Positions 21,811 to 36,379 of a stretch of DNA of 64,000 bases are shown here, piece by piece. The translations under genes were made by a program, and so were the position numbers. A model generated the notes under the pieces. The model did no database searches. It was not told the origin of the DNA and saw nothing but the letters and a program-made list of their open reading frames with translations. Each line of letters begins with the position of its first letter. Position 1 is the stretch's first letter. The stretch spans positions 248,001-312,000 of the forward strand of contig JAIVFI010000014.1 of assembly GCA_025558095.1 (NCBI GenBank), written 5' to 3'. Origin of the DNA: Hyaloraphidium curvatum SAG 235-1. Taxonomy: Eukaryota > Fungi > Monoblepharomycota.

Positions 21811-24800
21811 ATGACGTCGCCTCCGCGATCGCCCATGTCGGGCCCCCGGCCTGCGACAACGGGGGGTGCCACGAGCTCGGACGGCGCGCAGCGCGTTTAC
21901 CTGCACGGGATTGGCTTTGAAGCTAGCCCTTTGCTCGTTGCTAGCGCTCTCATGAGCGGTGCGCGATTCGCCACGCAGGAGGATCTTGGAGCGACACCCC
22001 CTTCCCCCGACGGTGTTCTTCTGGAGCCACTTGCCGCCGTGGACGACTCTCGCGTCACTCTGGATGGTGCAGAGACCAGTGTGGGGCCCTCGGAGTCCCG
22101 GGTTGCGGGCCAGGATTCTGTCTCCCACGCCGTCTTTCCTCCACCGGCCAGTGCGGGGCCGTCACAGTCCCGGGTCGCGGGCCAGGATTCCGCCTTCCCG
22201 CAATCGACGTCCTTGAGCTCGCTCGCGCTCAGACAGCGCTCCGGAAAGCTCCGCATCTTCATTGACGAGGGCACCAATGATTTGTTCGAACAACACATCG
22301 GTCCTCTCGTGCCCGACGTGAACTACAGCCTTACGTTCTCGATGTTCCAGATCAGGCAGCTGGAGCGGGAACGGACGGGCACCTACAGGCGGAGCAGCTC
22401 GTTCAAGGTGTTCACATCTGCACTCCTTGTTCTGATGGGAACATCGGTGCTCGTCTACTGGGCAATCTCGGGCGTTCAACTGACCGGCGTATTCGGCGTC
22501 CTGCTTGTGATTACCTACGTTCCCATTAGCATAGCATTGATTTGGGTCGTGGTGGGTAGCAGTGGATCGGAAGTTTGCCGCGGCGCTGAATCTTGCTCCA
22601 CCCATGCCGCCAGTCCATTCGGTTCCGCGGGATTGCCCTCTTGATCCTCGCGACCATGATCGTGTTCGTCGCGTTGTCCCTCTTCTACCAGCAGCCGGGC
22701 AATGAGACCTACAACAGAGCCATTTTTTTGCTCGCGATCACGTTCGGTGTCCTGCTGGGCATCATCGCATTGTTCTACCTCCTCTTCTACATCGTGTGGC
22801 CCCGACTCTTGCTCAGCGATTTAAAGAACTTCCAAATCTCAGTGACGGACACGTGGAAGATACGGCCGGCTCTGGACAAAGGGAGCCCGAACGGGTTCTT
22901 TGAGTTTCGCACGTACGAGGGTCACTGGAGTTTGAAGAGGTCCAAGCGCTACTTCAGCTACCGCGGGGAGGTCAACGCCGATAACCAACCGCATGGTTTG
23001 GGAGAATGGAGCGACGATAGCTACACGGGAGAGTGCTTGCGTGGTTACTTCGAGAACGGCAAGCCCATCGGTCCTTGTGAGTTTGGATGCTATCTTCTCG
23101 ATGGACTAACGTACGATTTCGCGACGCAGTCATATCTCGCGAGTTCGGGACGTCGAATCAGTTTGCTGCCGTACGCCTTGCCATCTGGAGGAACGTGGAG
23201 GATCCCTGGAACCAAAACAGCACCTTCAATCCTTCGCGAAACAAGAGGGGCCCGCAGTGGGGAAGCGTGCGGGGGGAGTGCTCTGTCGGCGGCGACTTTT
23301 TCGCGTGCTTCCCTCTCGCGGAGCAACTCATCCCACCAACGCACGAAGAAGACGATCCCGACATTGTGTCCAAAGTATTCGAGAACGTGAGCCGAGGTGG
23401 GTGGATGCGAGCTCGTGCGCAGGCTCGAAAGTGATCCGATGTTCGTCTAGGGCTTCCTCCTGTTCCACCAGGGGTTAGGTGAGCGAACAACCACGTTTCG
23501 TTGATCTTGCCATTCACTTCGTCGCAGGAAAGAGGCGCTCATCATCCTCCACGGCATGAACTCTCCTCTAGGTGAGATCGGCACGACGTGCATGCCCCGA
23601 TGGGCATGGCCTAACAGCAACCTCTAGAGTATGCGTGTGGGACGTACTCGCAGCTCATGACGCTCGCCAAGTTCCCCACGCACGTCATCGTGCCGGTGAT
23701 GTTCTCATGGCCTGGAGGAACGCTCTTCAACTTCCATGCGGCACGGCGGAATGCCGAGGATCCTGCATGGAGGGAAGACTTTTCGCGCTTCATCGCGACA
23801 CTTCGGGAACAAGGCTTCGAGATCTTTCACATCATGTCCCACAGCATGGGCGCTCGCTTGGTCATAAACATTGCCGAGTGCTTCCCCGAAGTCTTCGAAC
23901 CCGTCGGAGAGTGGGTCTTGGCTTTGCCACACTGGTTCTTGGCCGATGACGCAGCTGTGCAGTGACGGGGAGCACGTCGACTTCAAGACCTCCAACTTCA
24001 CGGATGCGCGGCTCATGAAGCGCAGTGCCTCTAGCACGAGTTCGTTCCTGGAGGCTGCCTTTGCACCTCACCCAGACTATGCCATGGATCCGGGGGGGAC
24101 GAAACACCGTTCCCACGATGCGCCGCACGTGCAGAGGAAGCCCCGACTGATGACAATGACGTTTCTGAATGCCGAGGCCGACATCGAAAGATTCCGCACG
24201 ATGTTCCCCATCATGCGATCCGTATGCCCCATCATTACAGCTTACGGGGACGCTGACGACTGGGCACTCTTGTTCTCGGAAATCCTCAACGGCGGTCAGA
24301 AGATGCTCGGAAAGGAGCTCGAGACCCTCTACGTGGAGCCGGAGGACTACATGCGCCTCGAGGCTTTCTTCTCTTCTTACTCGAGGCAGGACGTGCCAGA
24401 CGAGGACATTGGATCCTTTGCGAACGGCGCGTTCGAGGATGCGGAGGACGGCGACAGTCCGCCGCCGGAGGCGGCCGATGCGGAGATCGTGGAGATGGAG
24501 GAGCCTCCGCACGAAGAGGACCTGAATCGCGGTGGAACGTTCGAAAGGAGCGTCGCCGGACGGAAAATGTCCGCGCCGAGCACCGACGGCAGGCGCACCA
24601 TCGGGCGGGTGCAGACATATCTACGCCGACAACGGCGAAAGTACTACGACATGGTGAGGGAGGGAGAGGGAAGGTTGGGCTCCTCTGACGTCTCTCTAGG
24701 ACGTCATTTCCACCGAATTCTTGCAGACGAATGTGCAGGCGTTGCGACACGTCTACTTGTGAGCTCCGTGGAACGAGAGGTGATGACTGGATCTGAGCTC

Positions 24801-25061
24801 TTTCGTCCTTTCGCGCAGCCAATTCAATCGACAGTTCATGGATGAGTGAGTGGAGTCGTTCTCTCCTTGTGCAGTGCAGCTCAACGCTGTCCTTATAGCC
24901 TGCGAGAAGTACGGTTTGGTGTTCTGACGGCTGTCCACGGCTAACCTGGATCACAACAGACGATCGTGGACAAGCGAAGGGCGCGATATCGGAAGAATCT
25001 GGCCCTTAGAGCGGGCAATTGCTATAGTTTTCTCAACGTGCCGCCATTCGTCACTGTCTAG
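21811..25061 (+). CDS. Multi-TM membrane protein with MORN-like repeats and a DUF900-type alpha/beta hydrolase domain
   Basis: About 4 TM segments, YRGEVNADNQPHGLGEW..YFENGKPIGP, ILHGMN, MFSWPGG, HIMSHSMGARLV, FLNAEAD; many short exons; last exon ends YSFLNVPPFVTV*. Confidence 0.7.
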
Positions 25062-25193
25062 GAGGGTGGGTGACATGGGGTGTTTGCGGTGGGGTCAGGC
25101 GGGGTGGGGTTTTGCTGAAACCAGGACTGTATCACGGTGCCAGTACGTTTTCCGAAGATCTCTTTCTTTGGGCTTCTCGAATCCGAACAGCTC

Positions 25194-27111
25194 CTACTGT
25201 GCTTGCTCCAGCTCCCGAAGCCTGCACTTTTCGAGCCACCTCTTGAGCATGTAGCTCCCGATCGCCGTCTCCCGGGACCACGGCTCCTTCCGCTCCGCTG
25301 CCCGCCCTCCCTGCAGGAGCTCCCGCACCTCGGGAACGTAGTTGTCCGCCATCGCCCGCACCGCCGATTCGCACACGTCGTACAGCACGGAAGGGTGCTG
25401 GTGGCGGATGCGCGAAAGGACCTCCTCGAGGTCCGAGAGGGCTTCCGCGGCCGCAGCCGAATCACCGTTGCGGTCCCGGGCCTCAGCAATTGCCCTGGTA
25501 AACACCGAGTCCGCCAGCACCTCGCCAATGTAGTCCCGGAACCCCTGGTCGGCGGCGGGCGCCCGCTCCCTGTCCGGAGTCCTCCGCTCCAAGAATGAGT
25601 CGGTCCCGGTGGATACCGCCGATCTGGTCGATCGATTGCTGCTCCTAGTGCTGTTGGATCCGTCCTCGGACGATGCGTCGTCGGGCAGGAGGATGCGGAC
25701 GGTTTTGGCCGGTGCCCAGGCGAACCTGTGGTCGGTTGGAGGCGCCGTCCGCGAACGCAAGGTGATTTCCTGCGCCGCATCCCGGTATGGATCGCGCGCC
25801 GAAAGCACATTCTGGGGGTATCGGGGTTTTGACGCTGCGGTCGGCCGAGGTCCTAGTCCACCGCTGGCTGCGAATCCGCTTTGCAGCGCCGGGGGAGAAG
25901 GTGAAAGCCTGGCTTTCATGTTTGCCGGGCTTCGTGCTCTCGCATCCCTTCATGAAGATGGCATCAGACCAAACACGAGGCTCGCAGTGGTCAACTCACG
26001 GTGCCGATTTCCGAGCCTTGCCCTTGGCCTTTGTCCGAAGCTTCTCCTCCCTTGCACTCCGGCTCGCGCTAACGAGGTCCGAAAGGCAGCCCGTCGGCAA
26101 AGCCGTCGCAACGAAAGGATGGTCCAGCAGCGCCGCCGCCGTCGGCCTTTCCCTCGGGTTCTTCCGCAGGCACTTGTGGACAAAGTCCTTGAGTTCCGGG
26201 GAGAAGGTTCCCGTCAGCTCCGGCGGCGGTGAGGTGGGAATCATCTTGAATATCTGGAGCGGGTGCTTGCCGGAGTGGGGAGGCTGGCCCCTGGCACGGT
26301 GCTTACGGTCAGGCATAGTAGGCAATGAGTCGAGTCCTCTCACTTGGCGAGCTCGATGGCCGTTATGCCCAGAGACCAGATGTCCGCCTTTGTGTCGTGT
26401 CCGCTTCCAAGGATGACCTCTGGAGCCATCCAGTTGCTGTTGCGACGTTAGCACTCGCAGTGACGCAATGCGGCACGACTGCGGACGCACGGAGTCCCAA
26501 CGGTGGTGTGCGTCTTCGAAATCCGCATGCTCTGAAGCTGTCCCGCCACGCCAAAGTCGGCGAGTTTTACTTTGCCGCTTTCGGACAGCAAGATGTTGGC
26601 CGCTGTGTCTGTCAGCCACCGCGTGGAGTGGAGCCTGTTGGCGACGTACCCTTGATGTCCCTGTGGATCTTCCCAGTGGAGTGCAGGTACTTGAGACCTT
26701 CGAGAACGTCCTTTAGGATGACGGCGATGTGGTCCTCTTCGAAGGTGTGCGTCTGGAGCTGCACGCCGTGTCGGTCAACCCGTGCCCGCGCCGTGCCTCC
26801 CGGCGAGGTCTGCCCCGACCCACAATGTCGCCGCAGCTGCCCCCGGTCATGAGCTCCATGACGATCCATAGCTTCTCTCCCGTGAGGAAGGAGTCGATGA
26901 ACTTGGGGACGTACTCGGACGAGCACGCCCGCAGGATCTGGATCTCCTTCTGCACCTCCTCGATGTCGTCGTCGCACTCGGCCAGGTCGATGATCTTGAC
27001 CGCCACGGGGTCACCAGAACTGTTCTCTGTCGCCCGCCATACTTCGCCGAAGGCTCCCTGGCCGAGCGGCTCGTGGAAAGTGTAGCGCGCTTCCGGGGCC
27101 CGCCCGTCCAT
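25194..27111 (-). CDS. STE20/GCK-family Ser/Thr kinase, Sid1-like
   Basis: [37 protein letters not shown]; C-terminal [11 protein letters not shown] resembles the Sid1 tail. Confidence 0.88.
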
Positions 27112-27358
27112 GTCCGAGGTTGCCCGCTTGGGCGGCGCCGCAGGACCACACCGGCGCACCAGGCGCTGTCTCTAGACCGCTCTCTGCTGCTGCGAGCTCC
27201 GCCGAAGCCTCGAGTGGCGGGAAGACGGGGGTCGGATTCCGGACCAATGTTTGGAGCGGGGCTCGCGCGACAACGCAACATCCACTGCGCCGCCTGTTCC
27301 CCTCCCGCGACCGGCGATGGGCAGCCGCATCCCGTCTGCGGCGCCGCCGTGTGCCGCG

Positions 27359-29065
27359 ATGCGGGCGCTGCGCGGCGCCCCGGCCCGGCCGCGCGGTGTG
27401 CGCGCGCCGCCGCGGCCCCGCGCCGCATACTCCACGTCGACGGCGTTGCCCGCGCCCGGCGACACGATCTGGCTGTCGGTGGTCGGCAGCGGGCCGGCGG
27501 GCTTCTACACGGCGGACAAGATCCTGTCGGCGATCCCGAACGCGCGCATCGACATGTTCGAGGCGCTGCCGATCCCGCACGGCCTGGTGCGCTTCGGCGT
27601 GGCTCCCGACCACCCGGAGGTCAAGGTGGGCTGGCCACTCGCCCTCCTGACTTGCGATGCGCTGATCCGCCGCGTCTGCCGCGGCACAGAACGTCATGAC
27701 CAAGTTTGACGCCGTCGCCGCCAATCCGCGGTACCGGTTCGTCGGGAACGCGCGGCTCGGCCAGGACTACACCCTCCCGTCCCTGCGATCACATTACCAT
27801 GGCGTCGTGCTGTCGTACGGCGCGTCGCAGGATCGGCTGATGGGGATCCCGAACGAGGACGCCCGGGGCGTCATCGGGGCCCGCGCCTTTGTCAACTGGT
27901 ACAACGGGGCCCCGCAGTTCAGCAGCTTGGACCCGATGTTGGACAGCACGGACACGGCCGTGATCGTCGGCCAGGGGAATGTGGCGCTGGACGTCGCGCG
28001 GATACTATTGACCCCCGTTGACAAGCTGGCACATAGCGACATTGCTGAGCACGCGCTGGAGAAGCTCAAGATCAGCAGGGTCAAGCGCGTCAAGGTGGTA
28101 GGGAGGCGTGGACCCCTGCAGGTGTGTCCGAGTCTCGCGCCCAACCGCGACGCTCGCTGACCGCGCGGATTGCGCCAGGTCTCGTTCACAGCAAAAGAGC
28201 TCAGGGAAATGTACACAATCCCGGACGTTTCCTTCAAAACGGATACCCAGCTGCTTGCCCGGACACTTGCCGCGAACCAGGAGGCCCTGGCCAACGACCG
28301 GCCCCGAAAGCGGCTCATGCAGCTGATGGAGAAGGGGGCGGCGGAGCACGCTAACCCCGGGGCCGGGCGCGATTGGGAGCTGATGTTCCTGCGGTCGCCC
28401 CGCGCCGTTACGATCGACACCAGCGACCGGGTGAACGGGATTGACCTCGAGGTGAACGACCTCATGGGCACGCGGGCGGCAGGGACGGGCCAGACCGAGC
28501 ACATCCCGTGCGGGCTGGTGTTCCGCAGCATAGGCTACAAAAGCGTCCCGGTGGAGGGGCTGCCGTTCGACCACGGCAAGGGGATCGTGCCGAACAACCG
28601 CGGCAGGGTGCTGGACGTGGGAGACGTCCCCGAGAAGGTAGCGTGACCTCGTGTGACGTGGTGTCATGAGCTCATTCCTCCTCATTCCAGCTCAACGAGC
28701 TTCCCAAGGACTCTCCCTACCTCCAGTTCATCCAGTCGAACCCCCTTCCCGGCCTCTACGTGGCCGGCTGGCTGAAGCGCGGCCCCGTGGGCGTGATCGC
28801 CAGCACCATGTACGACGCCCACGAGACGGCCGAGTCGATCGCCACCGACATCAACACGCGGAAGCTGCCCCTGAAGCACGTCGGGGGCGGGGACGCGATG
28901 CTGGACGGGCTCAAGGCGAGGGGGGTGCGGACGGTCAGCTACGCGGACTGGAAGAGGCTCGAGGCGTGGGAGGAGGAGCAGGGGAAGCGGAAGGGGAAGC
29001 CGCGGGAGAAGGTGGTCGATCTCGAGAGGGCGCTGCGAATCATTGAGACTGGATCCGATACCTAG
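27359..29065 (+). CDS. ARH1: Mitochondrial NADPH:adrenodoxin oxidoreductase
   Basis: VVGSGPAGFY, GLVRFGVAPDHPEVK, GQGNVALDVARIL, GWLKRGPVGVIASTM, GKPREK; Arg-rich presequence. Confidence 0.95.
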
Positions 29066-29181
29066 AGAATGATAGACTCACTCTTGCTTGCAATTGATCC
29101 ACCTCCGGATCCGCCCTGCGCATCGTCACCAGCCCCGCGCGCTGTGCACGTCGCATCCCAAGCACTTCTCCCCCGGCCCCG

Positions 29182-30897
29182 ATGCAGACGGAGGTAGTCG
29201 CGATGGCAGAGCCACGGCATCGTGCTTCAGCGAAGTCGAAGGAGTCCGTCGAAGAAGCGGGGAAGCTGGTCCAAATCCTGCAGCAGGAGCTCGAACGGAG
29301 AATCACTCGCGAGCGGTCGGCGGCATCGTCCTCGAGAGACTCAGCTCCAGAGCTGCCGCGTCCCGAGCGGGACAACGATTCGGAACTGTCGGACTTGACC
29401 CGCGTGGACTCTACGAAATCGGACTTTTCGTTCGTGCTCCCCGAGGTTTCGCTGTCGGACTTGAGCCTCACCGACGACGTGCTCGATGCTACGGCACGGC
29501 GGCCTTCCAGTGAATCCTCGCTGGGTGATGTGCTCGACGCAACGGTACGGCGGGGCACCAGTGAACCCGTGTTGTCGCCGGGTGTCCCTTCCCCCGGCGT
29601 GCCAGTCCGGGGAACGTCTCCGAAACTTCCTCCGCGGCGCGTCAAGGACGAGGAGAGTGGGCGGCTGATTCGAGCTCTGAAAGATACACTCGACCCGCGA
29701 GCACACGCTCTCGCGGACCTGTTCGAGAGCGAAGTCAACTTCTTGAGGGCCCTGGAGGCGTTCCTGAACATTCTGGCCCCCGAGATCAAGGCGAAGAAGG
29801 TCCTGCCTGCGCCGACCTACGAGCGCCTTGTGGAGCGGAGTGGAATCCGCGATATACATCTTCTGCACCGCGAGCTGGTGTTCTCCCTTACCCGGACGTT
29901 CGCTGCGGCGGAGGCTTCCTTGGAGAACCCCGATCCTAGCAGCCACCGGTCGCGCTTCTGGGGTTCGAATGTCGGCGAGCTGTTTGTCGATGCCTTTGCG
30001 GGGATGATCGCAGCCTATACCCGCTTCACTGTTCGATACTGGCTGGTTCGGCACGAAATAGCCCAGCTGGACTCGATCGCCTGGAAGGCCTTCGAAGTCC
30101 GCGCGCGCACGGACAAGCGCATAGGCAAATCAGCCTTAGAGATCTTCTTTCTGCCGATCCAGCGCATCCAGCGGTACCCCATGGTGTTGAGCGAGCTCCT
30201 GCGCCACACTCCTGAGGAACACCCCGACTACGGACCGCTGCAGAAGGCGTATGCGCAAATGACTGCTCTCGCAAACGCGGCAGACAGTGCAAAGGCGGAA
30301 GAGGACGCGCGGGTGTCGACGATCGGTGCCTTCAGGACAACGTCGGGCTTCCCCGCGGGCCTCGTTTCGGCCAAGCGTCTCCTCATTGCCGAAACCGATG
30401 TCTACGAGCGGTCGTGCGAGCTCTATCTCCATGCCATGCTCTTTTCGGATTGTCTCGTGCTTTCGAAGCATCTCCCTCAGAGGGAGGGAGACCACCGGTA
30501 TTCGTTTCACGGCAGTTTTGATCTCCGCGATCTGGCGATCGAGCCTTTGAGGCCGGAGCCGGGCCACAGGTACCCGGTGCCGCAGGACATGCTCCAGATC
30601 CTCCATGAGCCGACCACGCCGCAATCGGCACTCACGATCCTTCCGGAGAAGCCCGACGATGAAGGCAAACCGGGCCTCGACTTTCGCTCCCTGCCCCGAA
30701 TAGGGAAACTGGTTGTCTCTCCTCTGCGGGCTGTGTTTTCGTCTTCGACCAGCCTTCCGCGGAAGCAGGAGGGCGCTGCCGACCATCCATCGAGGCTGAC
30801 TTTCGTCTGGCTGAGGTCGGCCGGTGACTTGTACCCGGAGAAGACGAGGGCGGCGTTTGAGCACCAATTGTCACTGGCGATCGAGGGATCTCATTAG
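29182..30897 (+). CDS. Dbl-family RhoGEF (DH-PH)
   Basis: LFESEVNFLRAL, FFLPIQRIQRYPMVLSELLRHTPEEHPDY, MLFSDCLVLSK; intronless. Confidence 0.85.
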   Translation: MQTEVVAMAEPRHRASAKSKESVEEAGKLVQILQQELERRITRERSAASSSRDSAPELPRPERDNDSELSDLTRVDSTKSDFSFVLPEVSLSDLSLTDDVLDATARRPSSESSLGDVLDATVRRGTSEPVLSPGVPSPGVPVRGTSPKLPPRRVKDEESGRLIRALKDTLDPRAHALADLFESEVNFLRALEAFLNILAPEIKAKKVLPAPTYERLVERSGIRDIHLLHRELVFSLTRTFAAAEASLENPDPSSHRSRFWGSNVGELFVDAFAGMIAAYTRFTVRYWLVRHEIAQLDSIAWKAFEVRARTDKRIGKSALEIFFLPIQRIQRYPMVLSELLRHTPEEHPDYGPLQKAYAQMTALANAADSAKAEEDARVSTIGAFRTTSGFPAGLVSAKRLLIAETDVYERSCELYLHAMLFSDCLVLSKHLPQREGDHRYSFHGSFDLRDLAIEPLRPEPGHRYPVPQDMLQILHEPTTPQSALTILPEKPDDEGKPGLDFRSLPRIGKLVVSPLRAVFSSSTSLPRKQEGAADHPSRLTFVWLRSAGDLYPEKTRAAFEHQLSLAIEGSH

Positions 30898-30958
30898 GGG
30901 CCTGCTACATGGTATCGACAGAGGTATCTCGTGTGTAAGGCCGGAAGAAGGAAAGAGA

Positions 30959-32782
<1,824 letters not shown>

Positions 32783-32974
32783 GCTGGCGGAGATTTGGAC
32801 GGGGGTTGCGAAATGAGAAGGAATGCAGAGCGTCGCGCGGGACGCGCAAAGCGGCAGCGATCACACACCTCCGTGAGATTGAGATTGAGGGTCTGTGAAC
32901 GAGTCCGACTCGTGGGGCATAGTCCTTGATTTTTGGAGCTCTCGGCGGACTGTCGACTCGGCGTCTGAGGAGCC

Positions 32975-34351
32975 ATGGCGGGCTACGGTGCTGCCTTGCG
33001 AATGCCCACCGCACCACGCGGCTGACACGTCTTCTCTTCCAGATAGAGCGCTTACCGTGTTCAGTCCAGATGGGCACCTCTTTCAGGTGGAATATGGTGG
33101 GTTCGGAGGCTTCAGGAGTCGCATGGGACGTTACGGGTTGGCGGTCGATGGCGGAGGAGGGACGCGACATGGTGCTCTCCGCATCGCACGTTGGAAACGC
33201 GTCGCGAACGTCAGCTGAGGTTCATTGGTCTCTGCGGAAGCGAGATCTTGTGCCCGGGATCTCTCCTCGCGTGGAACCAGCTCTAATCGCCTCCGTCTTC
33301 AGCTCTGGAAGCAGTGCGGAAGGGTACTTGCGCCGTGAGGACCCTTTCAACTGCGGATTGCGGGGCACATGGTTGATCCTCTGTGGTCTGGTGCTCTTTC
33401 AGGTTGGCGTTCGGGGCAAGGACTGCGTTGTGCTCGGGGTGGAGAAGAAGACGGTGCAGAAGCTGCAAGATCCCAGGACGGTCCGGAAGATCTTGCTCCT
33501 CGATTCGCATATCGCATTGGCGTTCGCCGGTGGGTTTTAGGCCGCTCGCGACCGGTGGCAAGTACCGGACTGATTTTGTCCTATCCGTCTTCGTTTCGTT
33601 CGCACGAAAGGCCTCACCGCTGACGCCCGTGTGCTGATTAATCGGGCGCGCATCGAGTGCCAGAGCCATCGCCTCACCGTTGAGGACCCGGTGACGGTTG
33701 AGTACATCACTCGCCACATTGCTGGGATCCAGCAGCGATATACCCAGTCGGGAGGCGTCCGCCCGTTCGGCATCTCCACACTCCTCATCGGCTTCAACCT
33801 CGACAAGACGCCGCAGCTGTACCAGACCGATCCCTCCGGCATCTATTCCGAGTGGAAGGTCGGTTCAATCGTCAATCGCAGGGCACAGCAGCTGAACCTG
33901 TGACGTCGCGCCAGGCCAATGCCATTGGTCGGAGCTCCAAGACCGTGCGGGAATTCCTCGAGAAAAACTACAAGGAGGACATGTCCAAGGACGACGCCAT
34001 CAAGCTCACGATCAAGTCGCTGCTTGAAGTGGTCCAGACTGGTGCCAAGAATATCGAGGTTGCGTACATGGATCCGGATAGCGTCCTCAAGGTCTGTGGG
34101 ACGATTAGCGTCTGAATTACAACGCTCACACCACGCGACAGACTCTGGAAGCCGATGAGGTGGAGCGGATAGTCAAGGAGATTGAGGCGGAGAAGGAAGC
34201 CGGTACGTTTCCCCTCACCGTCGCGCCCCCGGAATCCAATCCTGACGATCCTCTCCCAACAGAGGCCGAGAAAAAGAAGAAGGAGAGATCGGGCCTTTCC
34301 GGGGTGGTCGGCACGGCGGCAACAGACGGGGATGCGCCGACGGGATCGTAG
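32975..34351 (+). CDS. PRE6: 20S proteasome alpha-4 subunit
   Basis: [66 protein letters not shown]. Confidence 0.96.
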
Positions 34352-34414
34352 ACTCGTTGTTCGGTCGCTGCATTACGATACCATCTACCTTTACATCAAT
34401 AGTCCTGCCCATAC

Positions 34415-35528
34415 TCACGAGCCGAGTTCCTTTGTCTTTCTCCGCAAGACATCGTCGACCTCCTTCGACCACTTCTCGACAAGAGTTTGTATCTGGAGGT
34501 CTTCACCTCAGTCGCGGCGATCGAATGCAGCGCAGAGCAACGAACCTCCTTCTCGATCTTGTGGACATCGTCGGAGCTGTAGACGTCCTTGTACTTCTTC
34601 TTCAGCGCATCCCGCGCGGCCTGCCGCGTGCCGCGGATGCTGCCCTTGACCTTCTCCGCCATCGTGCCCGCAGCCTTGATCATCTGCTGCTTGATGTCGT
34701 CGGTCGGCTTCGGGATCGGAACCTTGATGACCTTTGGACCCCCGGTGCTGTCGGAGACGACCACAGGATTCAGGTTGAGCGTGGCGTCGTCCCTGATGGA
34801 CTTTTCGATTGGGCCTATGAGCTGCAGCGAACGAGACGAGAGCATTAGACGGCCGCACGAGACACTAGACCAGAAGGCGCACCGATTCGTCGTTGACAAT
34901 GACGATAAGTGTCTGCTGATCCTTTACCGTGATCTGTGCAAGCTGGGACAGGGGCATCGACGACGACTTGTGCTTCACGGCGATCTTTTCAAGCAAGGCT
35001 GCGAGTTTGGAGCGATCAGCAACGCCGAGGCAGCCGTTGGAGCCGATAAGTCGCACCTGGATTCGCAGCCCCAGACCGGAGACCAGCGAGATCCTTCTGG
35101 AACTTGGCCAGATGCTTCGTCGCGTCATCCGCCACGAAACTTTCGTAGTCGAACTCTTCCGCAGTATCGCTCTCCGTAAAGCCGCGTTTGCCCTTCCGCC
35201 TGCCTCCATCGTCCTCGTCGCGATCGAGCGCCTCATCCTCTTCGTCGCTGCGTCGCTTCTTGGTCGACTTCTTCTCCTCTTTGGCGCCCTTGCCCTTCTT
35301 CGTGGATGCCCATCGAACCGAATCAGTGGCCCGTAACGGATTTGGCGCCACAGCGAAGCATGAATGTCCCAAGGTCCCGGGCCGAACACCGTCCATTGCC
35401 CGAGGCGAGGGCGTCGGTAGCCGCGGGAAGGCGTGCACGATCGCAGAAGGTCTGCATCGCAGGATATGCAGAGGCCCCAGAGCGATCCCAAGGGAGTCAG
35501 AGGCGACCAGGAGCTTAGACGGGAGCAT
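34415..35528 (-). CDS. RRF1: Mitochondrial ribosome recycling factor
   Basis: LRSGAANP..LLEKIAV, LSQLAQITVKD, LNLNP..IKVPIPKPT, IRGTRQ; presequence-like N-terminus. Confidence 0.85.
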
Positions 35529-36379
35529 TGTTTGGACGGGCCTTAGCGTTTCGCAGACGAAAAGCTCTAATATAAGGCGCGCGACTTGGCGTCCCGATTC
35601 TCGACTCCCTCTCACGCCCAGGTACGTCCGATCCTGCCGCCGGCGCCAGGCGCCAGCATCCTGGATGGGCTTGGCGAGGGAATGCCGCGCGATGGACGCG
35701 TCGGAGCCGCCCTTCGGCCGCGGCGCGGCGCCCAGCGGCTCCCCCGGCGCCTTTCGGGAGCCATTCCGGACCCCACCGGGCCGACGGCGCGGCCGCAGGC
35801 CAAGATCGAGTCGGCTACATCCATGCCGATACTTTCGGATGCCTGGCGATAGCTCGGCGGCGCGAATTAATTGCGCGGCTGGGGGATCCCGCTGGGGTCC
35901 CGGGGCCGGCTCACATCGTGGCGGCCGCTGCACAACGAATCGCGGCCGCAGCATGCCCCTATGCTGCGACGTGGATTTGATGCTGTCGATGGACCTGTTG
36001 CCGGCCGCCTCGCCGCGACCTGCGCCCTTCTCTCTCTCTGATTCTGACTCGTTTTCCCGTTTCCTCCATCCCCCTCGGTCTTCAACCAACCTGCTACGGT
36101 TGCCCTCGGCGCTTCAGCAATAGAAGCGGGAGAGAGATTACGTTGCAAGACTGACAAGAATCGTCAAGTTTTGGCCCTGTGGGTGAAACCCTCCAGGGGT
36201 GTCGGTCTGCCGCCGTGAGAAGCGTGGCTCACGCCTTCCATCCCAATCGCCTTGCAACTGCCTTCGATGCATCTGCCGCATACTTTGAACTCATAGGCCG
36301 GCGCTCATGATCACTGTGAGGCCGTTGGGGATAAGGTGCGGCGTCTCGACGACACTGTAGGGGTGTGAAGAAGGCGGCG

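Noticed and set aside
29476-29553. DVLDATARR/DVLDATVRR duplication in the RhoGEF
   Set aside because: Small intragenic duplication in a disordered region; no sign of wider significance.
35600-36130. ORF segment MDASEPPFGRG... upstream of the PUF gene
   Set aside because: Low-complexity GC-rich sequence, more likely promoter/5' UTR; could not be linked to the PUF exons.
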